From the NCBI RefSeq assembly GCF_009914755.1, contig NC_060926.1: a stretch of DNA of 64,000 nucleotides; one strand, given 5' to 3'. The DNA comes from the human T2T-CHM13v2.0 reference genome, Homo sapiens. Below, in pieces: positions 45,460 to 59,407 of the stretch (the first letter of the stretch is position 1; each line of letters opens with the position of its first letter). The notes beneath the pieces are model-generated. The model worked only from the letters and a program-made list of their open reading frames with translations, was not told the DNA's origin and searched no databases. Both the position numbers and the translations under genes were made by a program.

Positions 45460-48027
45460 GTGGGATCAGGAGGCCTTGTGAATGCTAGCTGGTGGTGAAG
45501 GTGCTGGCTCTCTAGCAGGCCTTCTCCTGCATTACCCCAGCAGGTCAGGGGAGGAATGCCTCACTGACACCAGGAAGAGGATGGAAGACTGGCCTCACAC
45601 ATTGTCTTCACAGACAGCATGGTGGAGGGCCTCACTAACACTGGCAGGGGAAGAAAGTTCAAGCTTTCCCATCAGCCTTCTCTCACACCACTTGGCTCGG
45701 GGACATATGTGACCCATGACAGGTGAGGTTGGGAGTTCTTCACTCAGGCTTTGCTGGGGTGTGAGGGAGACAGGGGTGTGTTGCATGGTTTTTACCTAAT
45801 GTTTGGCTTGAGTAGAGCATTTGTCTAAAAGTTTTCTGTCTTGCTAGGCTGGTCCTTTAGCTAGAGAATGCAGATTTCTGTTGGAGCTTTTCTGTCTGGA
45901 CCTAGTGACAGCTCCAGCAAGACTGTTCAGCATCCATATAGGAAGCATGTATGAGTGGTAGTATATATGCGGCAAAAGAAAACCTAGGGAACTACCTGGT
46001 GTTGTTCCTTGTATTTTATGATCCCTAGCTGGTCTACTTTCTTCTCTCCACCATTCAGATGTCTTTGTTTTCGTATCTTTGTTTTATACATAATGTCTTA
46101 GGTTTTTAGCGGTGCTTAGTGAAACAAACAGGAAGTGTGTCTATGCCATCTTGTCCAGAATTGGAAGTTTCCTGTTTTGTTTTTTCATAGCATACTGTTC
46201 TTGTTTAATGATTTCAGTGTCTTCCTTTTTCTTCTTCAGGTTATTAATTTTAGTTATTTTGAAGTTTTCTTCTATCCTTTACATTTTCTCTTTCCTAGTT
46301 TTTTTCCCTATTTGTTTATTTTGGTCATTTTAGTGTGTTGAAGGTTTTTCCTAAATGCCTAGCAATCTTTGGGTGAATTTCATATTTATTTCAGAGTAAG
46401 ACACCAAATATCTGTTTAGATATTATGTGGGCATGTGTGGAGCTAATTGGCTAGTGTGCTTTCCTATCAAGTGACTTTAAAAGAGAAGTTGCTTATTTTA
46501 TAAGTCAATGTTTAGAGGTCTCTTCTCTGAGGTGGGTCAGTTTCTCCAGAGCGGTATCCTCCAGTCACTTATTGAGAAGATACAGGATTATACCGGGAAA
46601 GAATGAAGCAGGGTGCTGAGTCGCTCCCTGTTCACCATGCAGGTTTTCTTGTTATGCTGTTTTCATCCCAAACCTCTCCACTGCTTTCACCAGTTAAGTC
46701 CGTGGTCCCCACAAGCTGGAGATTCTTGTTCAATTATTCAGGACCACAAGTCTCTCGTGTTTGATCTTGGCTGGCAGTTTGAGGGAAGGAGAAATGGAAA
46801 GGGGAGTATACACAGTCACGTGGCTGACTGTGCTGGGACCTTAACTGAGGGTCACACTTACAAACTTTAAACCAGAACCTCTGCCTGCTTCCTTCCCTGC
46901 GAACTCCAAGTCATCTGCATTTCTTTAGATAGCTTCCTGTGCTCTGCAGCACCATCTACCCCTCCTACATCTACTTTACCCTTTCCAGATTTTCTTGAAC
47001 TTTCTCATCTACCATCGTCTCATCATTTCTTAATGCTGCTCTTTTGGGAATACAACGAAGGACAAAAGTTCCTTTAGTCAAACTCAGATTATCCCACCCC
47101 AAAGTCTGCTTTCTGGCCCCCTCCCCTGGACACATGAGGACCACCAGGACAGCCTGAGCTACCTTGCCTCTCTCTATTCTATCTGTCTGTCTAGTACAGT
47201 AATTCTCAGACTAGCTTTGCCTCAGAATTCCCTGGAGGGCATTTTAGACACAAATTGCCAACCATTCCCTCAGGGCTCAGAAATCCATTTTTCACCCATT
47301 CCCAGGAGTATGGTCTATCTGTTGCTGCATAGCCCAGAGGATCCAGCTGGGTGCCTCTGGGCAAGGACTTGCTCTGAGGCAAGTCGCTTAAGTTCTCTGA
47401 GTTTCTAAGGGAGAAGAAACCAGCTGTTTCTGATCCACAAGGTACTTGGGGAGAAAGAACTAGCTGAAAATAGTTTTTAAATGTAGAGCAATATTTGGGA
47501 GCTCAAATAAACACATTAGATCAGTGGTTTGCAACCTTGGACATACCTGGAGAGCTAGAAAAAGTCTTACTTCCCAGGCTGTACCCCAAAACCATTATGT
47601 AATAATTATCCAGCCATCCAGTTTCTCTTCCTCCATCTCTCTCTCTTTCACTGTAAACATATGCATATGTATACATTTTTAATTTTAGAATACCTCAGAT
47701 TAAGCAGAGAATCTATAATTAAATCCTAATCTTGTAGAAAATTCTTATGCAAAATACTGTAATCTCCCAAGTACATCTAATCACTTCCAGAATAAGGACC
47801 CCCTACAATTTCTACCATAAAAATAAACTCTATCGAGGAGCTTTATTTAAAATAAGAACTTCATTTTCCATGTACTTACCTACAAAATAAGCATCATATT
47901 CTGTTCAGCAAGAGATATTTAAGAGGCAAAACCCAAGATCCAATATTAAGTAAGCATACCCACTTTTCTCCAACTGATATATCAGTAAGAAATTATAGCA
48001 AAAACAGTCTCCTGTACAACTGGAGTA

Positions 48028-48150
48028 GAGTGTTGGGTAGAACAGTCAGCCGTGTGAGTCTCCAGGGCTGCTCTTGCCAACCCTTTTTTCTAGGAGCAAT
48101 GTATCAGCAAAATCTTGCCTCATCAGACCCAGCCTCCTTAGTCCTCCAGT
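48028..48150 (-). ncRNA. SCARNA4: SCARNA4 (ACA26)-like box H/ACA scaRNA copy, probably a retro-pseudogene
   Basis: Minus strand reads ACTGGAGGACTAAGGAGGCTGGGTCTGATGAGGCAAGATTTTGCTGATACATTGCTCCTAGAAAAAAGGGTTGG...CTACCCAACACTC, close to SCARNA4 as I recall it. H box AGAAAA (48086-48091), ACA box 3 nt from the end (48031-48033), TGAG CAB-like motif in the 5' hairpin. Confidence 0.85.
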
Positions 48151-48163
48151 ATAGATACTTTTT

Positions 48164-48422
48164 CATTTTTTTTTTTTGAGACCGAGTCTCGCTTTGTTGC
48201 CCAGGATGGAGTGCTGTGGCGCAATCTCGGCTCACTGCAAGCTCTGCCTCCCGGGGTTCCCGCCATTCTCCTGCCTCAGCCTCCCGAGTAGCTGGGACTA
48301 CAGGCGCCCACCACCACACCTGGCTAAGTTTTTTGTATTTTTAGTAGAGACGAGGTTTCACTGTGTTAGCCAGGATAGTTTCAATCTCCTGACCTCGTGA
48401 TCTGCCCGCCTCGGCCTCCCAA
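48164..48422 (-). mobile_element. 5'-truncated AluY-like element abutting the scaRNA copy
   Basis: TSD CAGTATAGATACTTTTT (48147-48163) / CAGCATAGATACATTTTT (48423-48440). Confidence 0.92.
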
Positions 48423-49219
48423 CAGCATAGATACATTTTTAAGGCAGACTTGAAATACTTAAAAGAAATTTCACCTTAGTTTTTAGCAAACAGTACACAC
48501 AGAGTGCTTGGGGATGCCATTCCACAGAGGTTGCTGCTACAAAGTAGGTGTTCATGGGGTGGGCATAGGGGATCGTTAGACTTGGACAACATGTGTGAAG
48601 AAAAGGGTTTCTTCTCCCAGTGGCAAATTCCAAACAACAGAGATGCTGGTGATGCCAACACAGGCCTAACTATTCTGCTAGTGGGGGCATATTTTATTTT
48701 GAAATCCTTAAGGTGCCTGGTGCGTAACGGCAACCAGGGATGGTGGTGGCAATGTGGGTGAGGTGGAGTCTTGCCTGCATTTCAGTGAGCATCAGAGTCA
48801 AGCTAGAAGAGGTACTGGGCTCTGGAAGAGTGCTTCTGCTTCAGTTTTGTTCATAAGGGAATGTTGTTTAAACAGGAACTTTTACCCCAGTTGCTGGCCT
48901 TTAAAAAGTATTTCTAATGAGCATGCCAAGTTCAGTAATTACTTTCAAGGCCTAATTCTTTGATCAAAATAGAAGGCTAGATTTTTTTAAAAATACTCTT
49001 GAAAGTAGACATTTTAACAGAGACAAGATTTGTTTTGTTCCTAATCTTCACATTTTCCAAAATGACTGTGAACAAATTATTTCACTGGACTCTGTACTTT
49101 GAAAATTAACCAAAACATAGTGTTATACCCAAAAGGAACTAGGCAGAGGAAGGACAGCGTGTTCCCAGTTGATATGTCCTTTGACCTCTGACCCCTGACC
49201 CGTTCTCTCTGCTCTCCAG

Positions 49220-49525
49220 AACCACATGCCCTGGGAAGAACCAGCAGGTGAGAAGCCCAGTTGCTCTCACAGTCAGAAGGCATTCCACATGGAGCCTGCC
49301 CAGAAGCCCTGCTTCACCACTGACATGGTGACATGGGCCCTCCTCTGCATCTCTGCAGAGACTGTGCGTGGGGAGGCTCCTTCACAGCCTAGGGGCATCC
49401 CTCACCGCTCGCCCGTCAGTGTGGATGACCTGTGGCTGGAGAAGACACAGAGAAAGAAGTTGCAGAAGCAGGCCCACATCGAAAGGAGGCTGCACATAGG
49501 GGCAGTGCACAAAGATGGAGTCAAG
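49220..49525 (+). CDS. ARHGEF4: ARHGEF4 coding exon (NH-MPWEEPAGEKPSC...VHKDGVK) containing the start ATG (49226) of the classical shorter ASEF isoform
   Basis: Translation recognised as the human ASEF/ARHGEF4 N-terminus. Acceptor TTCTCTCTGCTCTCCAG ends at 49219; donor is AAG|GTAAG at 49525/49526. 306 nt, phase 0/0. Confidence 0.95.
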
Positions 49526-50599
49526 GTAAGCCACTCCCGGCCAGGAGTCCTCAGACTTGGTCTGGTATCCCCTTCTCTCTGCAGCTGCCTGTTGCTTCCT
49601 GAGCTTTTGCCTGACTCTCCTGAGATGTAACTTGTCACCCTGGGCCCCCTTGGATTACAGCATGCTGCCTGGGCCACACTCAGTACTGCAGTCGAGGGCC
49701 TGCAAGAGAGACACTTTGAGCAGTGCATTCCCCAGAGCCACAGAAGCCAGGGCCCCCTCTTCCTTCTCTGTAGTATGTCTCTGCCTGTGGCCAGCTCCAT
49801 GCAAGGTAGTAGTGCAGAGAAGACTGCCATTTAATGAGTGCCTGCTGTGTGCCCGACATGATTAGACACTGCCCTAGCATTGGCTCTGCCACTCACAGAG
49901 GCACAGAACATTTCAATAAGACAATCTTAACCAAATTAACTAAAGTCATTATGTTGTCCATTCAATTTTGTCTCTAGGACACTTTGACAACATGATTTTT
50001 TGCATGAAACCGACAGCCTACTAAAAAGTAAATTAATGGTGTAGACATCATGCCATTTACCCAATCTCTGACAAGAGTTTCTTGTTTTTTCCCTTTATAA
50101 ATAGCAATATTTAATATCAAGTGTTTGTGAAGTACACATCTCTGAGTCTCACCTCATCCTTGAAGACTCACTTTTTAAAACTGAGGTGAAATTCACATAA
50201 TGTAGAATTAACCATGTTAAAGTGAAGAATTCATTGGCATTTAGTATATTCATTCACTATATTTTGCGACCACCACCTCTGTCCAGCTCCAAGGCATTTT
50301 CATCACCCCTAAAGGAAACCCTATTCCCCATTTCCCCTCCCCAGACCCTGGAAATACTCATCTGCTTCCTGTCTCTATGGGTCTTCCTATTCTGGATTTT
50401 TCATATAAATGTAATTACATGATACGTGACCTTTTGTGACTGGCGTTTTTCACTTAGCGTCGTGTTTTATCCATGTCATAGCACATATCAATACTTCATT
50501 TCTTTGTATGGCTAAGTAACATTTCGTTATGTGATTATACAGTACTTGTCTCACTTTGTTCATCCATACATCCATTCCTGAGTAGCTCTTCATCCATTT

Positions 50600-50776
50600 C
50601 TGAGTAGCTGGGATTACAGGTGCCTGCCACCATGCCCACCTAATTTTTGTATTTTTAGTAAAGATGGAGTTTCACCATGTTGGCCAGGCTGGTCTCGAAC
50701 TCCTGGCCTCAAGTGATCCACTGGCCTTGGCCTCCCAAAGTGCTGGGATTACAGGCATGAGCCACCGCGCCTGGCC
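50600..50776 (-). mobile_element. Alu lacking its 3' portion
   Basis: Begins abruptly at CTGAGTAGCTGGGATTACAGG. Confidence 0.9.
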
Positions 50777-51203
50777 TGGAATCCTTTACATATTCTGAAT
50801 GTAAGACCATTATAAGATATGTCATTTGCAAATATTTTCTCCCATCTGTAGAGTGCCTTTCACTTTTTTGATAGTACCCATTGATGCATAAGTACTTAAT
50901 TTTGATGAAATCTACTTTATCTATTTTTTTTTGTTGCTTGTGCATTTGATGTCATACCTAAGAATCTATTGCCAAATCCAAGTAATGAAATTTACCTCTG
51001 TTTTTTTCTAAGAGTTTTATACCTTTCGCTTTTAAATTTAGGTCTTTGATCCATTTTGATTTAATTTTTGTATGGTATGAGATAGAGGTCCAATTTTAAT
51101 ATTTTCCATGCGGATATGTAGTTACCCAAACACCATGTGTTGAAGAGACTATTCTGTCCCTTACTGAATGGTCTTGGCATCCTTGTCAAAAACCAACTTA
51201 CCC

Positions 51204-51508
<305 letters not shown>

Positions 51509-52812
51509 TTAGATGTGTGGGTGTATTTTTGACTCTCAATTCTATCCTATTAACTTATATGTCTGTCTTTATGTCAGTACCACATTGTTTTGATTATCAT
51601 AGTTTTATAATAAGTTTTGAAATTGGAATGTGAGAGTCTTCTTTGTTCTTTTTCAAAATTGTTTTGGCTTTTTGTTGGACCTTGCAATTTCATATGAATC
51701 TTATAATTTCCAATTCTGCAAAAAAATAAAGGCCCTTGGGATTTCCATAGGATTGCATTCGATCTGTAGATCACTTGGGAGAGTAGTGCCATATTAATAA
51801 TATTAAGTCTTCAAATCCATGAACACTGGGTGTCTTTCCGTTTTTGGGAGGTGTTCTTGAATTGCTTTCAGCAGTGTTTTGTAGTTTTCACTGTAAAAAG
51901 TCTTGCACATCCTTGGTTAAAATGTTTCCTAAGTATTTTGTTCTTTTTGATGACATCATAAATGGAAATTTTTAAAAGCTTCATTTTGGGATTATCCATT
52001 GCTAGAGCATAAAAATACAATTGATTTTTGTTTATTGATCCTATATCCTGAAACGTTGCTGAATTCATTTATTAGCTATAATAATATTTTTGTGGATTCT
52101 TTGGAAATTTCTATGTATAAGATTACATCATTTATAAAAATAGATTACTTTACTTCTTCCATTCCAGTTTAGATGCCTTTGATTTCTCTTTTATCCCTTA
52201 CTTGCTCTGGGTAGAACTTACATAACAATGTTGAGCAGAAGTGGTGAAATGGGGTGTCCGTTGTCTTCTTGGTTTTAGGATTAAAGCTTTCAGTCTTTCA
52301 CTATTGTGTATGATGTTAGCTGTGTGTTTTTCACAAATGCCGTTTTATCATGTTAAGGAAGTTCGTTTCTATTTCTAGTGTTTTTATCATGAAAGGGTGC
52401 TGGATTTTTTAAGTGCATGATCAATTTTGATGACGGTTTTTCTGCATCAACTGAGATAATCATGCATGTTTTCTTTGACCTATTAATGTGGTATATTACA
52501 TTGAATATGTATTCATCTGCAGTTTTCTTTTCTTGTGATGTTTTTCTCTGGCTTTGGTATCAGAGTGATTCTGGTCTTATAGAATGAGTTAGGAAGTGCT
52601 CTCTCCTCTTCTATTTTTTGAAAGCATTTGAGAAAGATTCTTCTTTAAATATCTTGTATAGTTCACCAGTGAAGCTTTCTGGTCCTGGGCTTTTCTTTGT
52701 TGTGGGGTTTCTGATTACTGATTCAATTCTTTTTTCTTTTCTTTTAGTGTCAGGTTGGTGAAAAAACAATTCTTTACTTGTCATAGACCTGTTAAGAGTT
52801 TATATTTCTTCT

Positions 52813-53154
<342 letters not shown>

Positions 53155-53429
53155 TAAGAATTTCTCCATTTTATCTACATTATCTAATCTGTTGATATAC
53201 AATTGTCCATAGTGTTTTCTTATAATCCTTTTAAATTTCTGTAACATCAGTAGTAATGCCTCCACTCTCATTTCTAATTTTAGTAATTTGTATTTTCTCT
53301 CTTTTTTTCCTCAGTGTAGCTAAATGCTTATCAATTTTATTAGTCTTTTCATAGAATCTGTTTTTGGTTGTCTTGATTTTCTCTATTATTTTTCTTATTT
53401 TTATCCCATTTTTAATTTTTTATCTATTT

Positions 53430-53604
53430 ATTCATTTATTTATTTATTTAGAGACTGAGTTATGGGACTGGTATTTGGTATTTTTGGTAGAAACAGGGTT
53501 TCACCATGTTGCCCAGGCTGGTCTCCAACTCCTGGGCTCAAGTGGTTTGCCCACCTCAGCCTCCCAAAGTGCTGGGATTACAGGCATGAGCCACTGCACC
53601 TGGC
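53430..53604 (-). mobile_element. Alu with most of the right arm deleted
   Basis: (TTTA)n, GAGAC, then jumps to the left arm. Confidence 0.8.
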
Positions 53605-54053
53605 CTCTATTGTTTTTCTATTACTATATTTAATGTGTCTCTACTTTCATCTTTATTATTTTCTTCCATCTATTAGCTTTGGGGTTAGTTTGTGCTTCTT
53701 TTTCTTGTTAAATTAGACTAAAAATGTAAAATTGGACTATTGATTTGAGAAATTCTTTTTTAATTTAGGCTTTTACAACTAGAAAGTTCCCTCTCAGCAT
53801 AGCGTTCACTGCATCCATAAGCATTGATAGGTTGTGTTTTTGTTTTCATTCATCTCACAGTATTTTCTAATTTTGTGATTTCTTCTTTTCTTTCTTGTGA
53901 AATCTTATGATTTCTTCTTTGACTCACTGGCTGTTTAATATTGTATTAATTTCCATATATTTGTGAATTTTCCATTCTCCTATTGACATCTAGTGTCATT
54001 ACATTGCAATCAGAAAAGATACTTCATATGAATTCAGTCTTTTAAAATTTACT

Positions 54054-54440
<387 letters not shown>

Positions 54441-55149
54441 TTAGTGTTCTGTATATGTCTGTTAGTTTTAATTGGTTTATAGTATTATTCAAGACCTCTA
54501 TTTCCTCACTGACCTTATGTCCGTTTATTATTGGAAGGGTGTTGAAGTCTCCAACTATTATTGCAGAACTATTTCTCACATGATTTCTGTCGATTTTTGT
54601 TGCTCAGTTTGTAGGTACGTATGTTTGTAATTGTTATATCTTCTTGATGAACTGACTTTTTAATCAATCTATAATGTATTTCTTTGTCTTTATAGCAGTT
54701 TTCAACTTAAAATCTATTTTGTCTGGTGCTGGTCTAGACATTCCAGCTCTCTTTTGGTTATTAGTTGCATGGGATAATTTTTCCATTCATTTTTGAAGTA
54801 CAGTTTTCCCAGATATATAACTTCTGCTGAACCTTTTTTTTCTTTCCCTCTTTTTATATGTGTCATCCCACTGCCTCTGGCCTCCTTGGTTTCTGAGGAT
54901 AAATCAGCTGTTAATCTTATTCAGAATCCCTTGTACATGGTGAATTACTTCTCTATTGCTGATTTCAAGATTCACTTTTTGTCTTTGGCTTTCAGCTATT
55001 TTGTTCCAATGTGTCTCAGTGTAAGTCTTTATGTTTATCCATCATTGAGTTCACTGAGCTTCTTGGATGTGTAGATTCATGTACTTTACCAAATTTAGGA
55101 ATTTTCCACAATTATTTCTTCAGAAGTCTTTCTGATCATTTTCTCTCTT

Positions 55150-55474
55150 TCTTTCTTTTTTTTTTCTTTTTTCTTTTTTTTTTTTTTTTGAGATGGAGTT
55201 TCACTCTTGTTGCCCAGGCTGGAGCACGATGGTGCAATCTTGGCTCACCGCAACCACCACCTCCTAAGTTCAAGCAATTCTCCTGCCTCAGCCTCCCAAG
55301 TAGCTGGGATTACAGGCATGCACCACCAGGCCTGGCTAATTTTTTTTCTATTTTTAGTAGAGATGGGGTTTCTCCATGTTGGTCAGGCTGGTCTTGAACT
55401 TCTGACCTCAGGTGATCTTCCCCCCTCGGCCTCCCAAAGTGCTGGGATTACAGGTGTGAGCCACTGTGTCTGGG
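55150..55474 (-). mobile_element. Alu (AluSp-like)
   Basis: TTTCTCCATGTTGGTCAGG. Confidence 0.93.
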
Positions 55475-55900
55475 CTTTCTCTCTTTCTTTTGAGATTCCA
55501 TTATAGGTATGTTGGTGTGCTTGATGGTGCCCTAGGTTCTGTTAATTTTCTTCATGCTTCTCAGGTTCTGTTAATTTTCTCCATGCTGCTTTCCTTCATA
55601 TTGGAAAATCTCAATTGGCCATCTTCAAATCCACTGATTCTTTTTTCTGCCTACTCAGACATGTTACATTGAATTTTAATTATTGTACTTTTCAACTCCA
55701 GAACTTTTACCTGTTTTTTTAATACTTTCTCTTTATTGGTATTCCATTTGATGAGACATCATTCTTTTGGTTCCTTTAGTGGTTTTTGTTTCACTTAGCT
55801 CTTTAAGCATATTTAAAACAGTTGATTAGAGTCTTTGTCTAGTAAGAAGACCCTGTGCTTTCTCAGGGATGGTTCTTGTTCATTTCTTTTCTTTCCCTGA

Positions 55901-56232
<332 letters not shown>

Positions 56233-57174
56233 TTTGTATCATAATTTTTTGTTGAAAACTGGGCATCTTGAATATTATAATGTGGCAACAAAGTGGCTGC
56301 ATGTATGTTGCTGACAGTATTCCGTGGCCTGGACGTACAACAACTTGTTTAATCATTCACCTATTCGAAGACATCTAGATTGTTTCCAGGTTTGGGCTAT
56401 TATAAATAATATGTTTAATAACATATGTTTTCATTTCTCTAGGGTAAATGCCCAAGAGTACAATTGTTGGGTCATATGATAGTTGTCTGTTTAGTTTGAT
56501 AAGAATCTTCCACATTATTTTCGAGAGGGCTGTACCATTTTACATTCCCACCAGTAATGTTTGCATGATCCAGCTTCTCAGCATTCTTATCAGCATTTGT
56601 TTTTTTGCTACTTTTAAATTTTTACCATAATAGTAATGGTGGTGTAGTGATAACTCATTTTGGAAATGGTTGGGTTCTAAGGCGCCATAATGTAGAAAAT
56701 ATTTTCGTGTGCATATTTGCCATTGGTACAACAGTTTAGGTGAAATGTCTTTTCTGTTCTTTTATCCACTTTCTAACTGGATAGCCTTTTCATTCTCTCC
56801 CCTCAAACAATTGAGAGGTAAGGCAAGGCATTTTTTTAATGTTGGTCTTTGAGAGACAGAGTGTATATGTGTCTGTGTATTATATATATTCATATTCCAG
56901 ATATTAGTCCTTTGTTGAATTTGTGGTTTACAAACATTATCACCTAGTCTGTAGCTTGTTTTTTCATCTTCTTACCAGGGTCTTCACAGAACAAATTTTT
57001 AAATGTTGTTGAAGTCTACTTAATCAATTTTTTTCGTTTATGGATGTGCTTTTGGCATCATGTCTAAAAACTCTTCAGTGACCCCTAAGTCTCAAAGATT
57101 TTCTTCTGTTTTTTCTAAAGTTTCATCATTGTACTTTTCACATTTAAGTTTGTGATTGATTTCCAGTTAATTTT

Positions 57175-57523
57175 TTGACTTTCATTTTAGGTTCAGGGGT
57201 ACATGGGCAGGTTTGTTATATAGGTAAATTGCGTGTTGCAAGGGTTTGGTGTACAGATTTTGTCACCAAGGTAATAAGTATAGTACTGGATGGGTAGTTT
57301 TTCAGTCCTCACCCTCCTCCTGCCCTCCACCCTCAAGTAGGCCTCAGAATCTGTTGTTGTCTTCTTTGTGTCCATATGTACTCAATGTTTAGCTCCCACT
57401 TATGAGTGAGAACATGTGGTATTTGGTTGTCTGTTCCTGTGTCAGTTTCCCTAGGATAATGGCCTCCAGTTGCAACCATGTTGCTGCAAAAGGAAATGAT
57501 CTCATTCTTTCTTATGGCTGCAT
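57175..57523 (-). mobile_element. L1PA/PB 3' end
   Basis: TTCAGGGGTACATG...GTTTAGCTCCCACTTATGAGTGAGAACATG. Confidence 0.88.
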
Positions 57524-58633
57524 AAGTTGTGGGATTTAGGTGAAGTTTCTTTTCTTCTTTTCTTTTTTTCTTTTTTTGCCTGTGGATACTGTTGGACCAC
57601 TTGTTGAAAAGAGTTATTATTCCTCACTGAATCACTTTTGCACCTTTGCCAGAAATCAGTTGGATATACTTATGCCTGTTTCTAGGCTCTCTGTTTGGTA
57701 CTGTCGATCCATGTGTCTATGCTTCCACCAGTGCCACACTGTCTTGATCTTCAAAGCTATGTACTGAGCCTTCATGTTGATTAGATGGAGTCCTTCCACT
57801 ATATTTCTTTTTTTTCAACATTGTTTTACACGTTCCATGGCTAGTTCCTTCCAATAATAAATATGAAAATAAGTTTGTCTTGTCTACAAATGCTTTGCTG
57901 AGAATCTGATGAGACTGCAGAAAACCTATAAATTAATTTATGGGAAACAGTCATCTTCATTATGTTTTGTCTCCCAACACAAGAATACAGGTATATCTTT
58001 TCATTTATTTAGGTTTTCTTTAACTTCTTTTGTCAGAATTTTGTAATTTTCTGCATACAGATCCTCTGCATTTTTAAAATGTATACTTTTGTATTTAATT
58101 TTCCTAGGAACTATTACAAATATTGTGTTTTAAATTTCATTTTCCACAAGTTGATTTTTAGTATATGGAAATGCGATTGATTTTTATGTGTTGATATTGT
58201 ATCCTGTGACTCTGCTGAATTCATTTGTTAGTTCAAATGTAGTTGTTTTTTATAGATTACTGGAAACTATCTATGTAAGCAACCATATCACCTTAAAATG
58301 GGGGGCAGGGGGTATTTCTTCCTTTCTAGTGTGTATTCTTTTTATTTCTTTTCTTCCAGCCTCTGCCTACTGCCCAATTCCAAAGTCACTTCCAAATTTG
58401 TAGGTGTTTGTTATAGCTGTATCCCACTTCCAGGTACTAAGATTTGTATAGTAATTATACAACAATACAGGTGCTACAGTGATATCAACAAAATACTGTT
58501 AACAGAGAGGAGGAGGTGGGTAATTCTGTGTAGATGGAACATAAGGAAATATTTTGCATAAAAGGAGACACTTTCCTAAGAATGGATAAAGTTTCAGCAG
58601 GGAAGCGTAGTTCAAATAGAGGGGATAGCAACA

Positions 58634-58797
58634 TCACTGCAACCTCTGCCTCCCAGGTTCGCGACATTCTCCTGCCTCAGCCTCCCGAATAGCTGGGACT
58701 ACAGGTGCCTGCCACCATGCCCGACTAATTTTTTGTATTTTTAGTAGAGACGGGATTTCACCATGTTAGCCAGGATGGTCTCGATCTCCTGACCTCG
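58634..58797 (-). mobile_element. Internal Alu fragment (both ends missing)
   Basis: TCACTGCAACCTC...CTCCTGACCTCG. Confidence 0.9.
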
Positions 58798-58824
58798 GAT
58801 GGTAGTATGAAAATTCATGGAGTA

Positions 58825-59132
<308 letters not shown>

Positions 59133-59407
59133 TCATGGAGTATCAGGGAAGTAGTGAGCAGGTGCCTGGTGGTAGAGAGATGGATGGCAAGAGTTGTTAC
59201 AGTAGTCAGAAAACAGTATTCGAGGAACTCTGGGTTCCATGCCAATAGATCTTTACTTTATTCTATAAGCAGCAGGCAGCCTTTTATGATTTTTAACATA
59301 AAAATGGCATGATAAATTTGCTGTAGAACAAGAAGGGAAGATTTAGAGAATGTTTAAGTAACCCATATGAGAAATGACCTGAGAAAACGTTTTGTCAAAC
59401 GGATATT

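Larger units (their letters stand above)
43706..46170 (-). mobile_element. L1M ORF1/5' region (antisense), interrupted by an LTR and (TTTC)n
   Basis: TTCCTTTAGC...GATCTGC...AATAAATTCTCTC; CATTTTTATGATGGCTGCTTTAAAATC. Confidence 0.65.

Noticed and set aside
49526-49630. ORF continuation VSHSRPG...PEM
   Set aside because: It follows a strong AAG|GTAAG donor and is read-through into the intron.
55534-55587. 29-bp tandem duplication (also an 18-bp one at 61255-61289)
   Set aside because: Ordinary slippage duplications within decayed L1.
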